This document shows, piece after piece, positions 1 to 10,003 of a stretch of DNA of 64,000 nucleotides. Positions within the stretch are counted from its first letter, which is position 1, and each line of letters opens with the position of its first letter. Below the pieces are notes generated by a model. The model was not told where the DNA came from, did not search any database, and worked only from the letters and a program-made list of their open reading frames with translations. Where the stretch lies: assembly GCA_038867615.1 (NCBI GenBank), contig JAWBYA010000003.1, positions 205,034 to 269,033 of the forward strand, in the 5' to 3' direction. This DNA is from Sulfolobales archaeon. Its GTDB lineage: Archaea > Thermoproteota > Thermoprotei_A > Sulfolobales > AG1. Position numbers and translations under genes: made by a program.

Positions 1-1036
1 GGATCTCCTGTAGGCTCTTCTCATAGGGGGGTCTAGCAATCCCCTTCTCAGTTATTATAGCGCTAACAAGATCTGGCGGGGTTATGTCGAACGCTGGGTT
101 TATCGCCTCTGCATCCTGTCTTGTTATGAGGAGCCTTCCAAGTATGTTTTTAACCTCCTCAGGGTTTCTCTCCTCTATAACTAGATCCTCAGCCCTTGTC
201 TCAGGATCTATTGTCGATGTTGGTGCTGCAACATAGAACGGGATTCCGTGTCTCTTTGCTGCTAGGGCTATCATGTATGTTCCTATCTTGTTAGCAACAT
301 GCCCTGTCCTTAAAATCCTGTCGGCACCAACGATCACCTTGGAGACCATGCCTCTATACATTAGATAACCCACAGCATTATCTGTGACCAGTTTAACAGG
401 GATCCCGTCCCTCATAAGCTCCCACACTGTTAGCCTTGCACCCTGGAGCAGGGGTCTTGTTTCGGTAGCTATGACCCTGATCCTCTTACCCTGCATCCAT
501 GCGTATCTAATAACACCGAGGGCTGTTCCAAAGCCCGATGTTGCTAGAGATCCAGTGTTACAGTGTGTTAGTATAACGTCGCCATCCTCTATCAATTCCT
601 GCCCGTGTTTTCCTATCATCATGTTGGCCTCGAGATCCTCTTTCTGTATCTTTAAAGCCTCCTGGATAACGAAAGACCTGATCTCCTCTACAGAGGCTCC
701 TCTACCTATAAGTCCGTAGACGCCGTTCATGATCCTCTTGAGAGCCCAGAATAGGTTGACAGCTGTAGGCCTTGTTCTTGAGAGTCTCTGTGATGCTGCC
801 TCAAGACTTCTTAAAAGATCATCTCTGGAGCCTGTGCTCTTACTAGCAACAACAGCTAGTGCTAGGGCAGCAGCAACCCCGATGGCAGGTGCTCCTCTTA
901 TCTCAAGCCTCTCAATAGCCCTGGCTATTCTCTCGATATCGTCTGAAGAGACCCATACCTCCTCGTATGGGAGTCTGGTGACATCGAGCCATACGAGCTT
1001 TCCGTCCTCGAATTTAACTGGCATTAGTATATCCAT
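1..1036 (-). CDS. mtnA: S-methyl-5-thioribose-1-phosphate isomerase (eIF-2B alpha/MtnA family); 3' end runs off the window
   Basis: Manual translation from ATG 1036 gives MDILMPVKFEDGKLVWLDVTRLPYEE. Family motifs RGAPAIG, RPTAVNL, LTHCNTG, ETRPLLQGARLT, GADRI and NKIGTY are present. Missing from the ORF track because no stop lies inside the window. Confidence 0.85.
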   Translation of the reverse strand, partial: MDILMPVKFEDGKLVWLDVTRLPYEEVWVSSDDIERIARAIERLEIRGAPAIGVAAALALAVVASKSTGSRDDLLRSLEAASQRLSRTRPTAVNLFWALKRIMNGVYGLIGRGASVEEIRSFVIQEALKIQKEDLEANMMIGKHGQELIEDGDVILTHCNTGSLATSGFGTALGVIRYAWMQGKRIRVIATETRPLLQGARLTVWELMRDGIPVKLVTDNAVGYLMYRGMVSKVIVGADRILRTGHVANKIGTYMIALAAKRHGIPFYVAAPTSTIDPETRAEDLVIEERNPEEVKNILGRLLITRQDAEAINPAFDITPPDLVSAIITEKGIARPPYEKSLQEI

Positions 1037-1112
1037 ATTAATCACTACGTAGAAGTACACCCATCGCGGTATATAGGTTCTACAATATGGGTTAATACTA
1101 GTGTTTCTGTAT

Positions 1113-1889
1113 CTATTCTAGAGCCTCTATAGAATATCTTCCAACGATCTTTAGGGTTGTTGTGTATCTCTTCATCCTCTCTATAGCTGTCCCGCATTGT
1201 GAGCATTCAAGCTCTGTTAGGAAGAAGTATTGCCATGGTGATAGCCTGGTTGGTCTTGAGTATATAAAGCTCATATTAATCGACTCCTCGGCTATTGGTG
1301 CTAAAGCTCTATATAATGCTCCCGGCTTGTTTGGGACTGTGAATATTATTGCTGTGTGGGTATAGCTACTCCCAGCACTGCTATAATCGCGGGAGACTAT
1401 GGCAAACCTAGTTCTGCTCTCGCTATCCTCGACGCCACATATCTTCTCAGATATATCCTCCAAGGCTTTTGGAGACGCTATTACACCGCAGTCTGTACAT
1501 CCCCTCTTAAATACCTCAACGGCCTCGGAGGTGCTTCTGGTATATATTACTTGGGCACCCAGTTCGGAGATCTTATTCCTAGCCTGGCCAGCCGCGTGGG
1601 GGTGTGTATAGATAACCCTAGGCTTTCCCCTAACAGCTAGGCATAATGTGATCTTCATCTCAACGACCCTGATAATCACGGGGCTTTTCATGGCGAGATT
1701 ATCTATAACCTCGCCGACAGGACCCTCAAGGCTATTTATATATGGTACAACGCCGAGCCCTATCTCGCCACCTTCGAGGGCGTCGAATATCTTTGAAACA
1801 CTATCCATTGCAACGAGATCCTTGCCAATAGCTCTTAAAGCAGCCTCCCATGTGAAGGACTTCTCAGGGCCTAGGAAACCCACCCGCAT
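1113..1889 (-). CDS. pheA: Prephenate dehydratase with C-terminal ACT domain
   Basis: Motifs FLGPEKSFT, VVPYINSLEG, TRF, NKPGAL and SRP. Start placed at ATG 1889 (MRVGFLGP) rather than 1979. Confidence 0.85.
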   Translation of the reverse strand: MRVGFLGPEKSFTWEAALRAIGKDLVAMDSVSKIFDALEGGEIGLGVVPYINSLEGPVGEVIDNLAMKSPVIIRVVEMKITLCLAVRGKPRVIYTHPHAAGQARNKISELGAQVIYTRSTSEAVEVFKRGCTDCGVIASPKALEDISEKICGVEDSESRTRFAIVSRDYSSAGSSYTHTAIIFTVPNKPGALYRALAPIAEESINMSFIYSRPTRLSPWQYFFLTELECSQCGTAIERMKRYTTTLKIVGRYSIEALE

Positions 1890-1979
1890 TGCGAAAACCA
1901 AGATTATATCATTGTGTGATAAAAATATAGCGGTATAATAAATATTAAGGTCTTGGGGTAATTCTTCGTTGAGAAGCAC

Positions 1980-2411
1980 ATGGATAGGGGGATGGATAGA
2001 CTAATAATAAGCCTGGTGCTACCACCAATCATAGGCCTTATAGCAGCAATAGCATCTATGCTTGAGCAGCCAGGTGAGAGTGGTGTATGTGATATTAACA
2101 GCTTTATCTCGTGTTCCCAGGTGATATATTCTAGATACTCATCATTCATGGGGATAAGCCTATCAATATGGGCGGCACTTTATTTCACAACAGCGATTCT
2201 AACAGCAACAGCCTATCTAGTAGTCAAGAAACAAGCGGCTATGAAGATATACTGGGGCATCTCGATCGCAGCACTACCAATAATAGCGATCCTGATCTAC
2301 ATAGAGATCCTAGTTATAAAAGCGCTATGCATATACTGCACAGTGATGCACATATCTATAATAACCATGAGCGTGGTATCCACCACACATATAACGAGGC
2401 TAGGTCAATAA
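1980..2411 (+). CDS. Vitamin K epoxide reductase (VKOR) family membrane protein
   Basis: CDINSFISCSQV cysteine pair, CIYC active site and four hydrophobic helices. Start may be ATG 1992. Confidence 0.85.
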   Translation: MDRGMDRLIISLVLPPIIGLIAAIASMLEQPGESGVCDINSFISCSQVIYSRYSSFMGISLSIWAALYFTTAILTATAYLVVKKQAAMKIYWGISIAALPIIAILIYIEILVIKALCIYCTVMHISIITMSVVSTTHITRLGQ

Positions 2412-2449
2412 TAAACCTCTATAAGCCCGAAATACTATTATTTCTATGG

Positions 2450-2537
2450 GCGGGGGTGCCCGAGCCAGGTCAAAGGGGTCGGGCTGAGGACCCGATGGCG
2501 TAGGCCTGCGTGGGTTCAAATCCCACCCCCCGCACCA
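2450..2537 (+). tRNA. tRNA-Leu(GAG), long variable arm, CCA encoded
   Basis: Acceptor stem GCGGGGG/CCCCCGC-ACCA, anticodon arm TCGGG-CTGAGGA-CCCGA, T-loop GTTCAAATC. Confidence 0.97.
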
Positions 2538-2732
2538 ATATGTCGAAAGAATAAAAGATCCTTAGGATCTTCGATCTTATTTATATGTTATCTATAAACA
2601 TGCCTTGTATCTACCAGCAGTAGTTGAGAAGCTACTTATATAAATGCTCTAACGCTATATCGATATTTATATAATACTCTAGTTCCAGACAAATATATAG
2701 CCATTAACTAGATAAATACTTGAGGGTTTTCC

Positions 2733-4490
2733 ATGGTATCGTCGAGGAAATTAGTTGGTATCGTAATAGCTATAATAGTTATAATCGGGGCTGTAGTATT
2801 CATAACAACCTATAGAGGAGCGCCCCAAGAAGTGCCGAAGATAACAAGCCCGGCAAGCCCTACAGCAACCATAACAACACCGCGACCAACAACACCCACG
2901 ACACCTACACAGCCTATAGTACCAACAACTCCTCCTACAACTACTAAGGATGAGCTTAAGGTTGCGATAGGCACTGATCTCGACACACTGGATCCCCATG
3001 ATCAGACAACAAACCTCGTTGAAAATGTGATCATGCATACGTGTGAGAGGCTGTTCGATCGCGATGAAAAAGGCAATCTAATACCGATGCTCGCTACAAA
3101 GCTTGAAGTGTCTAGCGATGGTCTAGTATACACCATATATCTTAGACAAGGGGTTAAGTTCCACAACGGCGAGGTACTTACAGCAGATACTGTGAAGCTC
3201 AACTTCGACAGGATCTTTAACGCGACGGCTAAGAAAAGGCTTTCCACATATCTTCCAAATGTTAAATCATATAGGGCTGTTAATGAGAGTGTGTTTGAGA
3301 TCGTATTATCTAAACCATTCTCTCCATTCTCAATGTCTCTCTCGCTGGTATACATAGTAGCAAAGGAGGCTATAATCAAGTATGGCGATGCTCTCCCAAG
3401 AGAGCCAAAGGCCCTTATATGCACAGGCCCGTTCAAGATGGTTGAGTGGGTCAAGGGGACGAGGGTGGTGCTTGAGAGATTCGATGGATACTGGGGAGGT
3501 ACAGTGCCTCTGAAGAGAATTGTGTTCTATATAGTGCCTGAAGATGCTACGAGGGAGGCTATGTTACTGGCAGGAGATGTAGATCTCATATTCTGGCCCT
3601 CACTAGCTTCTCTCCAGAGGCTTAGCCAAACCCCGGGGATCAAGGTTGTCCAGTATCCGACATACAGGTATGTTATGCTTCACTTTAACTTCGACTACCC
3701 AGCATTCCAGGATAAGAGGGTTAGGCTAGCCTTTAATTACGCTCTGGATAAGGAGACAATAGTGTCTAAGATATTCTATGGAACTGCGACAATAGTTAAG
3801 TCGCCATGGCAGATAGGCATGTTTGGATATAGTGATATTGGTTACTATAAATACGATCCTGAAAAGGCTAAACAACTACTCACCGAGGCTGGCTTTAAGG
3901 CAGGCCCTGATGGCGTGCTTACCCACCCACAGTATGGGAAGCTAAGCATCAAGATGGTTCATATGAAGGGTAGGTTCCCAGGAGATGTTGAGCTCGCACA
4001 GGCTGTCCAGGGGTATTTGAGAAACATAGGTGTGGAGGTCGAGCTTGTGACTGGCGATTGGCCGTGGTATATAAACACAATATATCTCTCTCCAACAGAT
4101 AAGGCTAAGAACGGGTACTGGTTATTCCAGAGAAGCTGGGGCCCCAATATCCCAGACCCCTATTACACGGTATTCTTCCTATACAGCTGCAATATGTGGG
4201 TAGGCCCTTCCAACATGACCCACAAGGGTATAAACCTGACAACAGCTGGAAGAAACATAGGGTATTACTGTAACCCCGAGTTCGATAAGATCCTCGATCA
4301 GTATATAGTCGAGACGAACGAGGCTAAGAGATTGGAGCTGGCAGCGGCTATGGCAAAGATCCTTTGGGACGATGCTCCAGCAGTATTCCTGTTCCAGTTG
4401 AACATATTCGTTGCTGCTAAGTCAAACCTCGAAGGCCTGGTCTTCGTCCCTGGAGAACAGATCTATCTTGGTAAGGCGTATTTCAAGTGA
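2733..4490 (+). CDS. ABC transporter substrate-binding protein, family 5 (Opp/Dpp type), with N-terminal anchor and Pro/Thr linker
   Basis: Motifs TLDP, LRQGVKFHNG, TGPFK, DKRVRLA and YDPEKAKQLL. Confidence 0.93.
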   Translation: MVSSRKLVGIVIAIIVIIGAVVFITTYRGAPQEVPKITSPASPTATITTPRPTTPTTPTQPIVPTTPPTTTKDELKVAIGTDLDTLDPHDQTTNLVENVIMHTCERLFDRDEKGNLIPMLATKLEVSSDGLVYTIYLRQGVKFHNGEVLTADTVKLNFDRIFNATAKKRLSTYLPNVKSYRAVNESVFEIVLSKPFSPFSMSLSLVYIVAKEAIIKYGDALPREPKALICTGPFKMVEWVKGTRVVLERFDGYWGGTVPLKRIVFYIVPEDATREAMLLAGDVDLIFWPSLASLQRLSQTPGIKVVQYPTYRYVMLHFNFDYPAFQDKRVRLAFNYALDKETIVSKIFYGTATIVKSPWQIGMFGYSDIGYYKYDPEKAKQLLTEAGFKAGPDGVLTHPQYGKLSIKMVHMKGRFPGDVELAQAVQGYLRNIGVEVELVTGDWPWYINTIYLSPTDKAKNGYWLFQRSWGPNIPDPYYTVFFLYSCNMWVGPSNMTHKGINLTTAGRNIGYYCNPEFDKILDQYIVETNEAKRLELAAAMAKILWDDAPAVFLFQLNIFVAAKSNLEGLVFVPGEQIYLGKAYFK

Positions 4491-4496
4491 TCCTAA

Positions 4497-5423
4497 ATGG
4501 GGAGTCTTATAGCATATATAGTGAAGAGAGTTTTACTGGTATTGCCGACATTGATAGGCGTAATAACAATGATCTTTTTTCTCGTAAGGATCCTTCCAGG
4601 GGATCCTACACACTTACTTGCTGGAGAGCAGGCCAGCCCTGAGATTATAGAGAGACTTAGAGCAGAGTTTGGCCTTGATAGGCCTATATATGAGCAATAC
4701 GTATTATACCTCAAATCAGTACTAACCCTGGATTTCGGAACATCGTATAGAACATACACGCCAGTGGTTGTAGAGATAATGAGCAGATTTCCAAACACAG
4801 TGATTCTAGCCTTGTCAGCTATGCTTATAGCTATCTTTGTGGGGATAGCCCTGGGCATTGTTTCAGCACTAAGGGTTGGTAGTGTTATAGACAGGGCTGT
4901 TATTATCTTCACCAGCATATATGTATCTATGCCCGTCTTCTGGCTTGGGTTGCTACTGATATATTTCTTCGCAGTGCAGCTCAAGATCCTGCCGGCAGGT
5001 GGTATAGGCTCTCCGGCTCATGTTGTTTTGCCTTCTCTAGCGCTTAGCCACACGCCTCTCTCATATATCGCGAGGATCACTAGGGAATCGATCTTAGAAA
5101 CCCTATCACAAGAGCATGTAAGGTTAGCAGTAGCGCGGGGTCTGCCCCTTCGATCGATACTTATTAACCATGTCATAAGGAACTCGTTGATAAACGTTGT
5201 TACAGTGATAGGTTACTTTACAGGCGTTCTACTAGGTGGGGCTGTTGTTACCGAGACCGTCTTCGCATGGCCAGGTATTGGGAGGCTTTTAATAGAATCA
5301 ATAGCTGCTAGGGACTATATAATGATCCAGGGTATAGTTATATTTATCGCGATGATCTTCATATTTGTTAACCTTATCGTCGATATAACATACAGGATCA
5401 TAGACCCGAGGGTAAGGCTATGA
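4497..5423 (+). CDS. Peptide ABC transporter permease (OppB/DppB type)
   Basis: PGDP, FGLDRP, LDFGTS and ETVFAWPGIG motifs, C-terminal IDPRV. Confidence 0.93.
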   Translation: MGSLIAYIVKRVLLVLPTLIGVITMIFFLVRILPGDPTHLLAGEQASPEIIERLRAEFGLDRPIYEQYVLYLKSVLTLDFGTSYRTYTPVVVEIMSRFPNTVILALSAMLIAIFVGIALGIVSALRVGSVIDRAVIIFTSIYVSMPVFWLGLLLIYFFAVQLKILPAGGIGSPAHVVLPSLALSHTPLSYIARITRESILETLSQEHVRLAVARGLPLRSILINHVIRNSLINVVTVIGYFTGVLLGGAVVTETVFAWPGIGRLLIESIAARDYIMIQGIVIFIAMIFIFVNLIVDITYRIIDPRVRL

Positions 5424-6355
5424 GCACCAGGATCGCCGGTATTCTTCGCAGCCTCGCCGAAATGATTAGAGAGGATAGGTATTTCGCAGCTGGTTTTATA
5501 ACGATCTCGGTTGTGATTATTCTATCAGCAGCTGCTAGTATTATATCAACTTATGATCCGTATAAAATAGATCTCATAAACAAGCTTAGGGGACCCTCAC
5601 CAGAGCATCCTATGGGTACTGACCAGCTTGGTAGGGATCTCTTCACAAGAATCCTCTACGGAGGCAGATATACTCTCTTCCTAAGCGCCTCAGCAATCGC
5701 ATTAGCATTGGTAATAGGCCTGTTAGTAGGTACACTCTCGGGCTATTATAAGGGCTGGCTAGATCTGGTTGTTCAGAGGTTTGTTGACATATTAATGTCA
5801 TTCCCATCCATAATTCTAGCCATAGCCTTGGCAACAATGCTGGGCTACGGTCTCGAAACCCTAGTTATAGCTGTAGCTATAGCTGAATCGCCGTTCTTGA
5901 TCAGGGTTGTGAGGGCTGCTGTTATCAGTATAAGGGATCTTCCCTACATCGAGGCTGCCAGGCTCATGGGTTACGGGGATCTGTATGTTATATTGAGGCA
6001 CGTGATACCCAATATAATGTATGTAGTGATTCCACAGGTAACGCTTCAAATGGGGTCGGCGATACTCATAATAGCGGCGCTGGGTTTCTTGGGGATAGGG
6101 ATAAAGCCCCCCACACCTGAGTGGGGCTCTATGCTTAACGAGGCTAGGGCGTATCTTATGGATTATCCGCATCTCCTCATATTTCCAGGTCTCATGATTT
6201 TCCTCTCTATTGTGAGTTTCAATATAGTTGGTGAGAGTCTCAAGATGAGGCTTGATCCTAAGGCTAGGAGTCTTATAAGGGGTAGATCCAGGTTAGTATG
6301 GGGGTTGTATAGAGGTGGTAGGAGGGGTCTAGATGAGCGCAATACTAGCTATTGA
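5420..6355 (+). CDS. Peptide ABC transporter permease (OppC/DppC type)
   Basis: HPMGTDQLGRD, EAA loop and PPTPEWG motifs. Confidence 0.93.
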   Translation: MSTRIAGILRSLAEMIREDRYFAAGFITISVVIILSAAASIISTYDPYKIDLINKLRGPSPEHPMGTDQLGRDLFTRILYGGRYTLFLSASAIALALVIGLLVGTLSGYYKGWLDLVVQRFVDILMSFPSIILAIALATMLGYGLETLVIAVAIAESPFLIRVVRAAVISIRDLPYIEAARLMGYGDLYVILRHVIPNIMYVVIPQVTLQMGSAILIIAALGFLGIGIKPPTPEWGSMLNEARAYLMDYPHLLIFPGLMIFLSIVSFNIVGESLKMRLDPKARSLIRGRSRLVWGLYRGGRRGLDERNTSY

Positions 6356-7307
6356 GTCGCTTTCAGTAGCGTATCAGACTGAAAAGGGGCTCTTGAGGGC
6401 TGTTGATAACGTAGATCTTAGGATTGAGGATAAGGAGATAGTATGTCTAGTAGGCGAATCAGGATCTGGCAAAACAACTGTTGCCAACACGATCCTAAGG
6501 ATCCTGCAGCCCAATGCAATAATACTTGGCGGTAGGGTTCTCTTCGAGGGCGTAGATCTCTTGGACATAGATGAGGAGGATATGTCGAAGATCAGGGGGC
6601 GTAAGATCAATATAGTACCGCAGAACCCTTCAACAGCACTTAACCCTATACTCAGTATAGAGGATCAGTTCTGTGAATTTCTCAGGCATAAAAAGGATAT
6701 TAGGGAGAGAAATAGGTGCAGGGAGATCGCCATAGATCTTCTGGGTAGGGTTGGTATAGCAGATCCAGAGAGGGTTCTGAAGCTCTACCCACACCAGCTA
6801 AGCGGTGGGATGAAGCAGAGGGTTCTGATAGCGATTGCTATATCGACAAGTCCTAGGTTATTGGTTGCTGACGAGCCTACGTCGATGCTAGATGCTACTA
6901 TACAGTCACAGATCCTGGATTTGTTGCTTGATATAAATAGGAGGGAGGGGCTCTCAATGCTATTAATAACACACGATCTTGGGGTTGCGATGAGTGCATG
7001 TAATAGGATCTATGTTATGTATGCTGGCGAGGTAGTTGAGTCAGGATCCACAGAGAGGGTTATTAACAAACCCCTCCATCCATACACAATAGCACTTATC
7101 GATAACGCGTTTCTCAGCTTCAAGTCCCAGGGAATTAAAAGGGCTGTTAGTGGTGAACCACCAAACCTCATAGATCTTCCAAGTGGTTGTAGGTTTAGCT
7201 CTAGATGTCCTATGGCTTTTGATAAGTGTATGAAAGAGCGTCCTAGCCTTGTTCAGAAGGGTATTGATTCTGTGAGGTGTTTTCTATACCATGACGCCTC
7301 AACTTAG
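6333..7307 (+). CDS. Peptide ABC transporter ATP-binding protein (OppD type)
   Basis: Walker A GESGSGKT, YPHQLSGGMKQR, HPYT and Cys-rich C-terminus. Confidence 0.93.
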   Translation: MSAILAIESLSVAYQTEKGLLRAVDNVDLRIEDKEIVCLVGESGSGKTTVANTILRILQPNAIILGGRVLFEGVDLLDIDEEDMSKIRGRKINIVPQNPSTALNPILSIEDQFCEFLRHKKDIRERNRCREIAIDLLGRVGIADPERVLKLYPHQLSGGMKQRVLIAIAISTSPRLLVADEPTSMLDATIQSQILDLLLDINRREGLSMLLITHDLGVAMSACNRIYVMYAGEVVESGSTERVINKPLHPYTIALIDNAFLSFKSQGIKRAVSGEPPNLIDLPSGCRFSSRCPMAFDKCMKERPSLVQKGIDSVRCFLYHDAST

Positions 7308-8259
7308 GAAAGAGCCTATAGCTATGCTGGATAGTGTTTATAAATACTTCCCAGCCGTAGAAACGATCTTTGGGAGGTCAAAGGCATATATAAGGGCTGT
7401 TGACGGTGTATCGCTCAATATATATGAAGGCGAGATCCTGGGGCTTGTTGGAGAGTCCGGGAGCGGGAAAACCACCGTCGCCAGGATAGTTGCTGGGCTC
7501 CTCAAGCCGGATAGGGGTAGGGTTCTCTACAGGGGCTTTGATATATATTCGGGCAAGATCCCGAAGCATATTAGAAGAAAGATCCAGATGATCTATCAAG
7601 ATCCCGAGGTATCTCTAGATCCTAGATATACTGTTAAGCAGACAATCGAGGAGGCATTGAAGGCAGCAGGGCGTAGTACTAATGAAACAAGAGATCTCGT
7701 GAGATCCCTAGGACTCTCTGAAGACGTTCTTGAAAAGATCCCTCAACAGCTTTCAGGAGGTCAGAAACAGAGGGTGGCTATAGCACGGGCCCTAGCCATG
7801 AGACCGGATCTATTGATAGCAGACGAGCCAACCTCAGCACTCGATGTATCAACAAGAACCCAGATATTAAATATACTGCTAGAGCTTAACAAAAGCTTTG
7901 GGATAACAATCATGATAATAACCCACGATCTCGGTGTTGCAGCATATATGAGCGACCGCATAGCTGTGATGTATTTAGGAAAAATAGTAGAAGTTGGAGC
8001 TGCAGAAGAGATTATAAAGGAGCCTAGGCATCCATATACAATGGCCCTCATATCATCAAGCCCCTCAGCATCGAGACTATCTAAAGCTAATATAAAGCCC
8101 ATCGGCGAAATAGCATCACAGATCAATATACCCAAGGGTTGCAGATTCCACCCGAGATGTCCATTCGCCATGGAGATCTGTAGGAAGGAGGAGCCGCCGT
8201 ATTTCGACGTTGGTGATGGACATATATCAGCGTGCTGGCTGCATAGGGAGCGCTCATAA
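7291..8259 (+). CDS. Peptide ABC transporter ATP-binding protein (OppF type)
   Basis: GESGSGKT, LSGGQKQR and GCRFHPRC motifs. Confidence 0.93.
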   Translation: MTPQLRKEPIAMLDSVYKYFPAVETIFGRSKAYIRAVDGVSLNIYEGEILGLVGESGSGKTTVARIVAGLLKPDRGRVLYRGFDIYSGKIPKHIRRKIQMIYQDPEVSLDPRYTVKQTIEEALKAAGRSTNETRDLVRSLGLSEDVLEKIPQQLSGGQKQRVAIARALAMRPDLLIADEPTSALDVSTRTQILNILLELNKSFGITIMIITHDLGVAAYMSDRIAVMYLGKIVEVGAAEEIIKEPRHPYTMALISSSPSASRLSKANIKPIGEIASQINIPKGCRFHPRCPFAMEICRKEEPPYFDVGDGHISACWLHRERS

Positions 8260-8327
8260 CACATGGCTAAAGATCACGTATTATTAGCTAATAATAAGCT
8301 AGAATAGATCCTAGTTTCGGGTTATTG

Positions 8328-9587
8328 TCAGTTTGGATATGTTAGCAGCCAATACCATAGTGGTATTAATTCTACTCCATCTATTTTCCCACTATAGTTC
8401 CACGTCAGTACTCTAACCTTCTTTGGTTTCAATTCCCTTTGTGCTTTCTTTAAAGCCCTTAGTTCTCTTTCTTTTATCTCATTCTCAGCATAGGTTACTT
8501 GGATCAATTCCTCTGCTTCGAAGTTCTTGCTTATGATGAAATCAACCTCTGCTCCAACGCTTTTCCCATATTCTTTCCAATAGTACACCTCGCTCTCACC
8601 TCTTCTGAGGAGTTCGAGATAGACTGCGTTCTCCATAGCTCTCGATATTGAGAATTCATACCCTAGTGCTGTTGTATACCCTGTATCTATTATATAGAGT
8701 TTTTTAGGATTAGTCTTCCTTTTTCTCTCACTCTTCTGGAAGATCTCTACGGTGAATGCGAAATAGGTTTCTCTCGCCCTGTTGAGCATCTCTATAACCT
8801 TCTCCTTACCGATCGAGAAGCCCAGCGATCTGAGATAGCTATAGATCCTGTTTATAGTTACTAGCTGAGCATAATTAGATATAAGATATAGAGCTAGCAC
8901 TTCAGCTAGTGGACCACCACCTAGGTCTCTCACAACCACTGAATCAAAATAAGCCCTAAGTATACGTCTCTTGTCACTCTCAAGGGTAACAGCTGGGTAA
9001 GCACCATAGTAAAGATACTCTCTCAGCATCGAGAGCACCTTACCCCTTTCAACACTATAGATAAGAATATCAGGTTTCGGATCATAGCCTAGGAAAGATA
9101 GATATTCTCTAAAAGATAGCGGGTAAACCTCATAGTTCACACACCTACCTCTCAACTCGTCTGCAATTCTCCTGGGTGTTAAGGAGGATGATGAGCCTGT
9201 TATATATATTCTAGCATTGAGCCTTCTCCTAAACCAACCTCCGTAGTCTCTAACAACCTGCAGTTCGTCAAGAAAAATATATTTAGGCTCCTTACCGGTG
9301 AGCTCCTGGAACGCTATAAGCATATCATCTAGATCCAATGCCGATAAACCCCTCAGCCTCGCATGCTCAAGATCTACATAGAGGATCTCATCCATACTAG
9401 CTTTACCACTCTCAATAATCTTTTTAATAGTTGAGAAGAGGAGATAGGTTTTACCGCTCCTCCTAGCACCCGTAACCGCTACGATCAGATTAGAGTCTAG
9501 AGGCAGCGCGACCTCCCTATCCCTTACCTCAGGGATACCCCGGCTCAGCCACTCAGCGATAACATGCTTGAAATCCTCAATCCTCAT
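8328..9587 (-). CDS. AAA+ ATPase (AAA_14) with C-terminal DUF4143 / PD-(D/E)xK-like domain
   Basis: GARRSGKT, FLDELQ, ITGSSS, YPLSFREY, KLYIIDTG, ENAVYLEL and EVDFI motifs. Confidence 0.85.
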   Translation of the reverse strand: MRIEDFKHVIAEWLSRGIPEVRDREVALPLDSNLIVAVTGARRSGKTYLLFSTIKKIIESGKASMDEILYVDLEHARLRGLSALDLDDMLIAFQELTGKEPKYIFLDELQVVRDYGGWFRRRLNARIYITGSSSSLTPRRIADELRGRCVNYEVYPLSFREYLSFLGYDPKPDILIYSVERGKVLSMLREYLYYGAYPAVTLESDKRRILRAYFDSVVVRDLGGGPLAEVLALYLISNYAQLVTINRIYSYLRSLGFSIGKEKVIEMLNRARETYFAFTVEIFQKSERKRKTNPKKLYIIDTGYTTALGYEFSISRAMENAVYLELLRRGESEVYYWKEYGKSVGAEVDFIISKNFEAEELIQVTYAENEIKERELRALKKAQRELKPKKVRVLTWNYSGKIDGVELIPLWYWLLTYPN

Positions 9588-9601
9588 TTTCTACCAATAC
9601 T

Positions 9602-9653
9602 GGTCTATTACAGACCGGTTTATAAATAAAAGTGGTCTATAATAGACCACTTT
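9602..9653. promoter_or_regulatory. Two palindromic operator-like sites (GGTCTATnnnAGACC) flanking the TATA box of the AAA+ ATPase gene
   Basis: GGTCTATTACAGACC at 9602-9616 and GGTCTATAATAGACC at 9634-9648. The second extends to a perfect 12-bp-arm palindrome at 9629-9653. TTTATAAA lies between them. Confidence 0.65.
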
Positions 9654-10003
9654 ATAGCTAGGAACAGCTAATCATAGTTTAATAGCCATTCAAGAGATTT
9701 GCGTGCTAAGAGCTTCTCATTAGATGCTTGATACATTGATCTTTTATAGATAGCCGAAAATCTCATAATGACGGAAGAGCATGTTAAACCAGATCATTAA
9801 CTAGGTCAATGATCCATAGGATTGTCTACAGCTATCAAGGGCTTCCTCGCGATTCACGGAAGACTCCCAACCAGTTGGTGTGTATATTGTGTGGTTATAA
9901 TCATATGTGCTATAGCCTTGATTATAATGCTGGAAGAGAGGGTTGAATGCCCGATTCTTTTATTATATTATTAATGACCCAGCCGTTTTGGTCGTGTGTT
10001 ATG

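Noticed and set aside
384-1052. Plus-strand ORFs 384..719 and 729..1052, and the many similar antisense ORFs across the window
   Set aside because: They are shadows of well-supported genes on the opposite strand (here mtnA), Ser/Ile/Leu-rich and without motifs.
2840-2950. ACA/CC-rich quasi-repeat in the substrate-binding protein gene
   Set aside because: It encodes the ordinary Pro/Thr linker of an archaeal membrane-anchored binding protein and is not an independent repeat.
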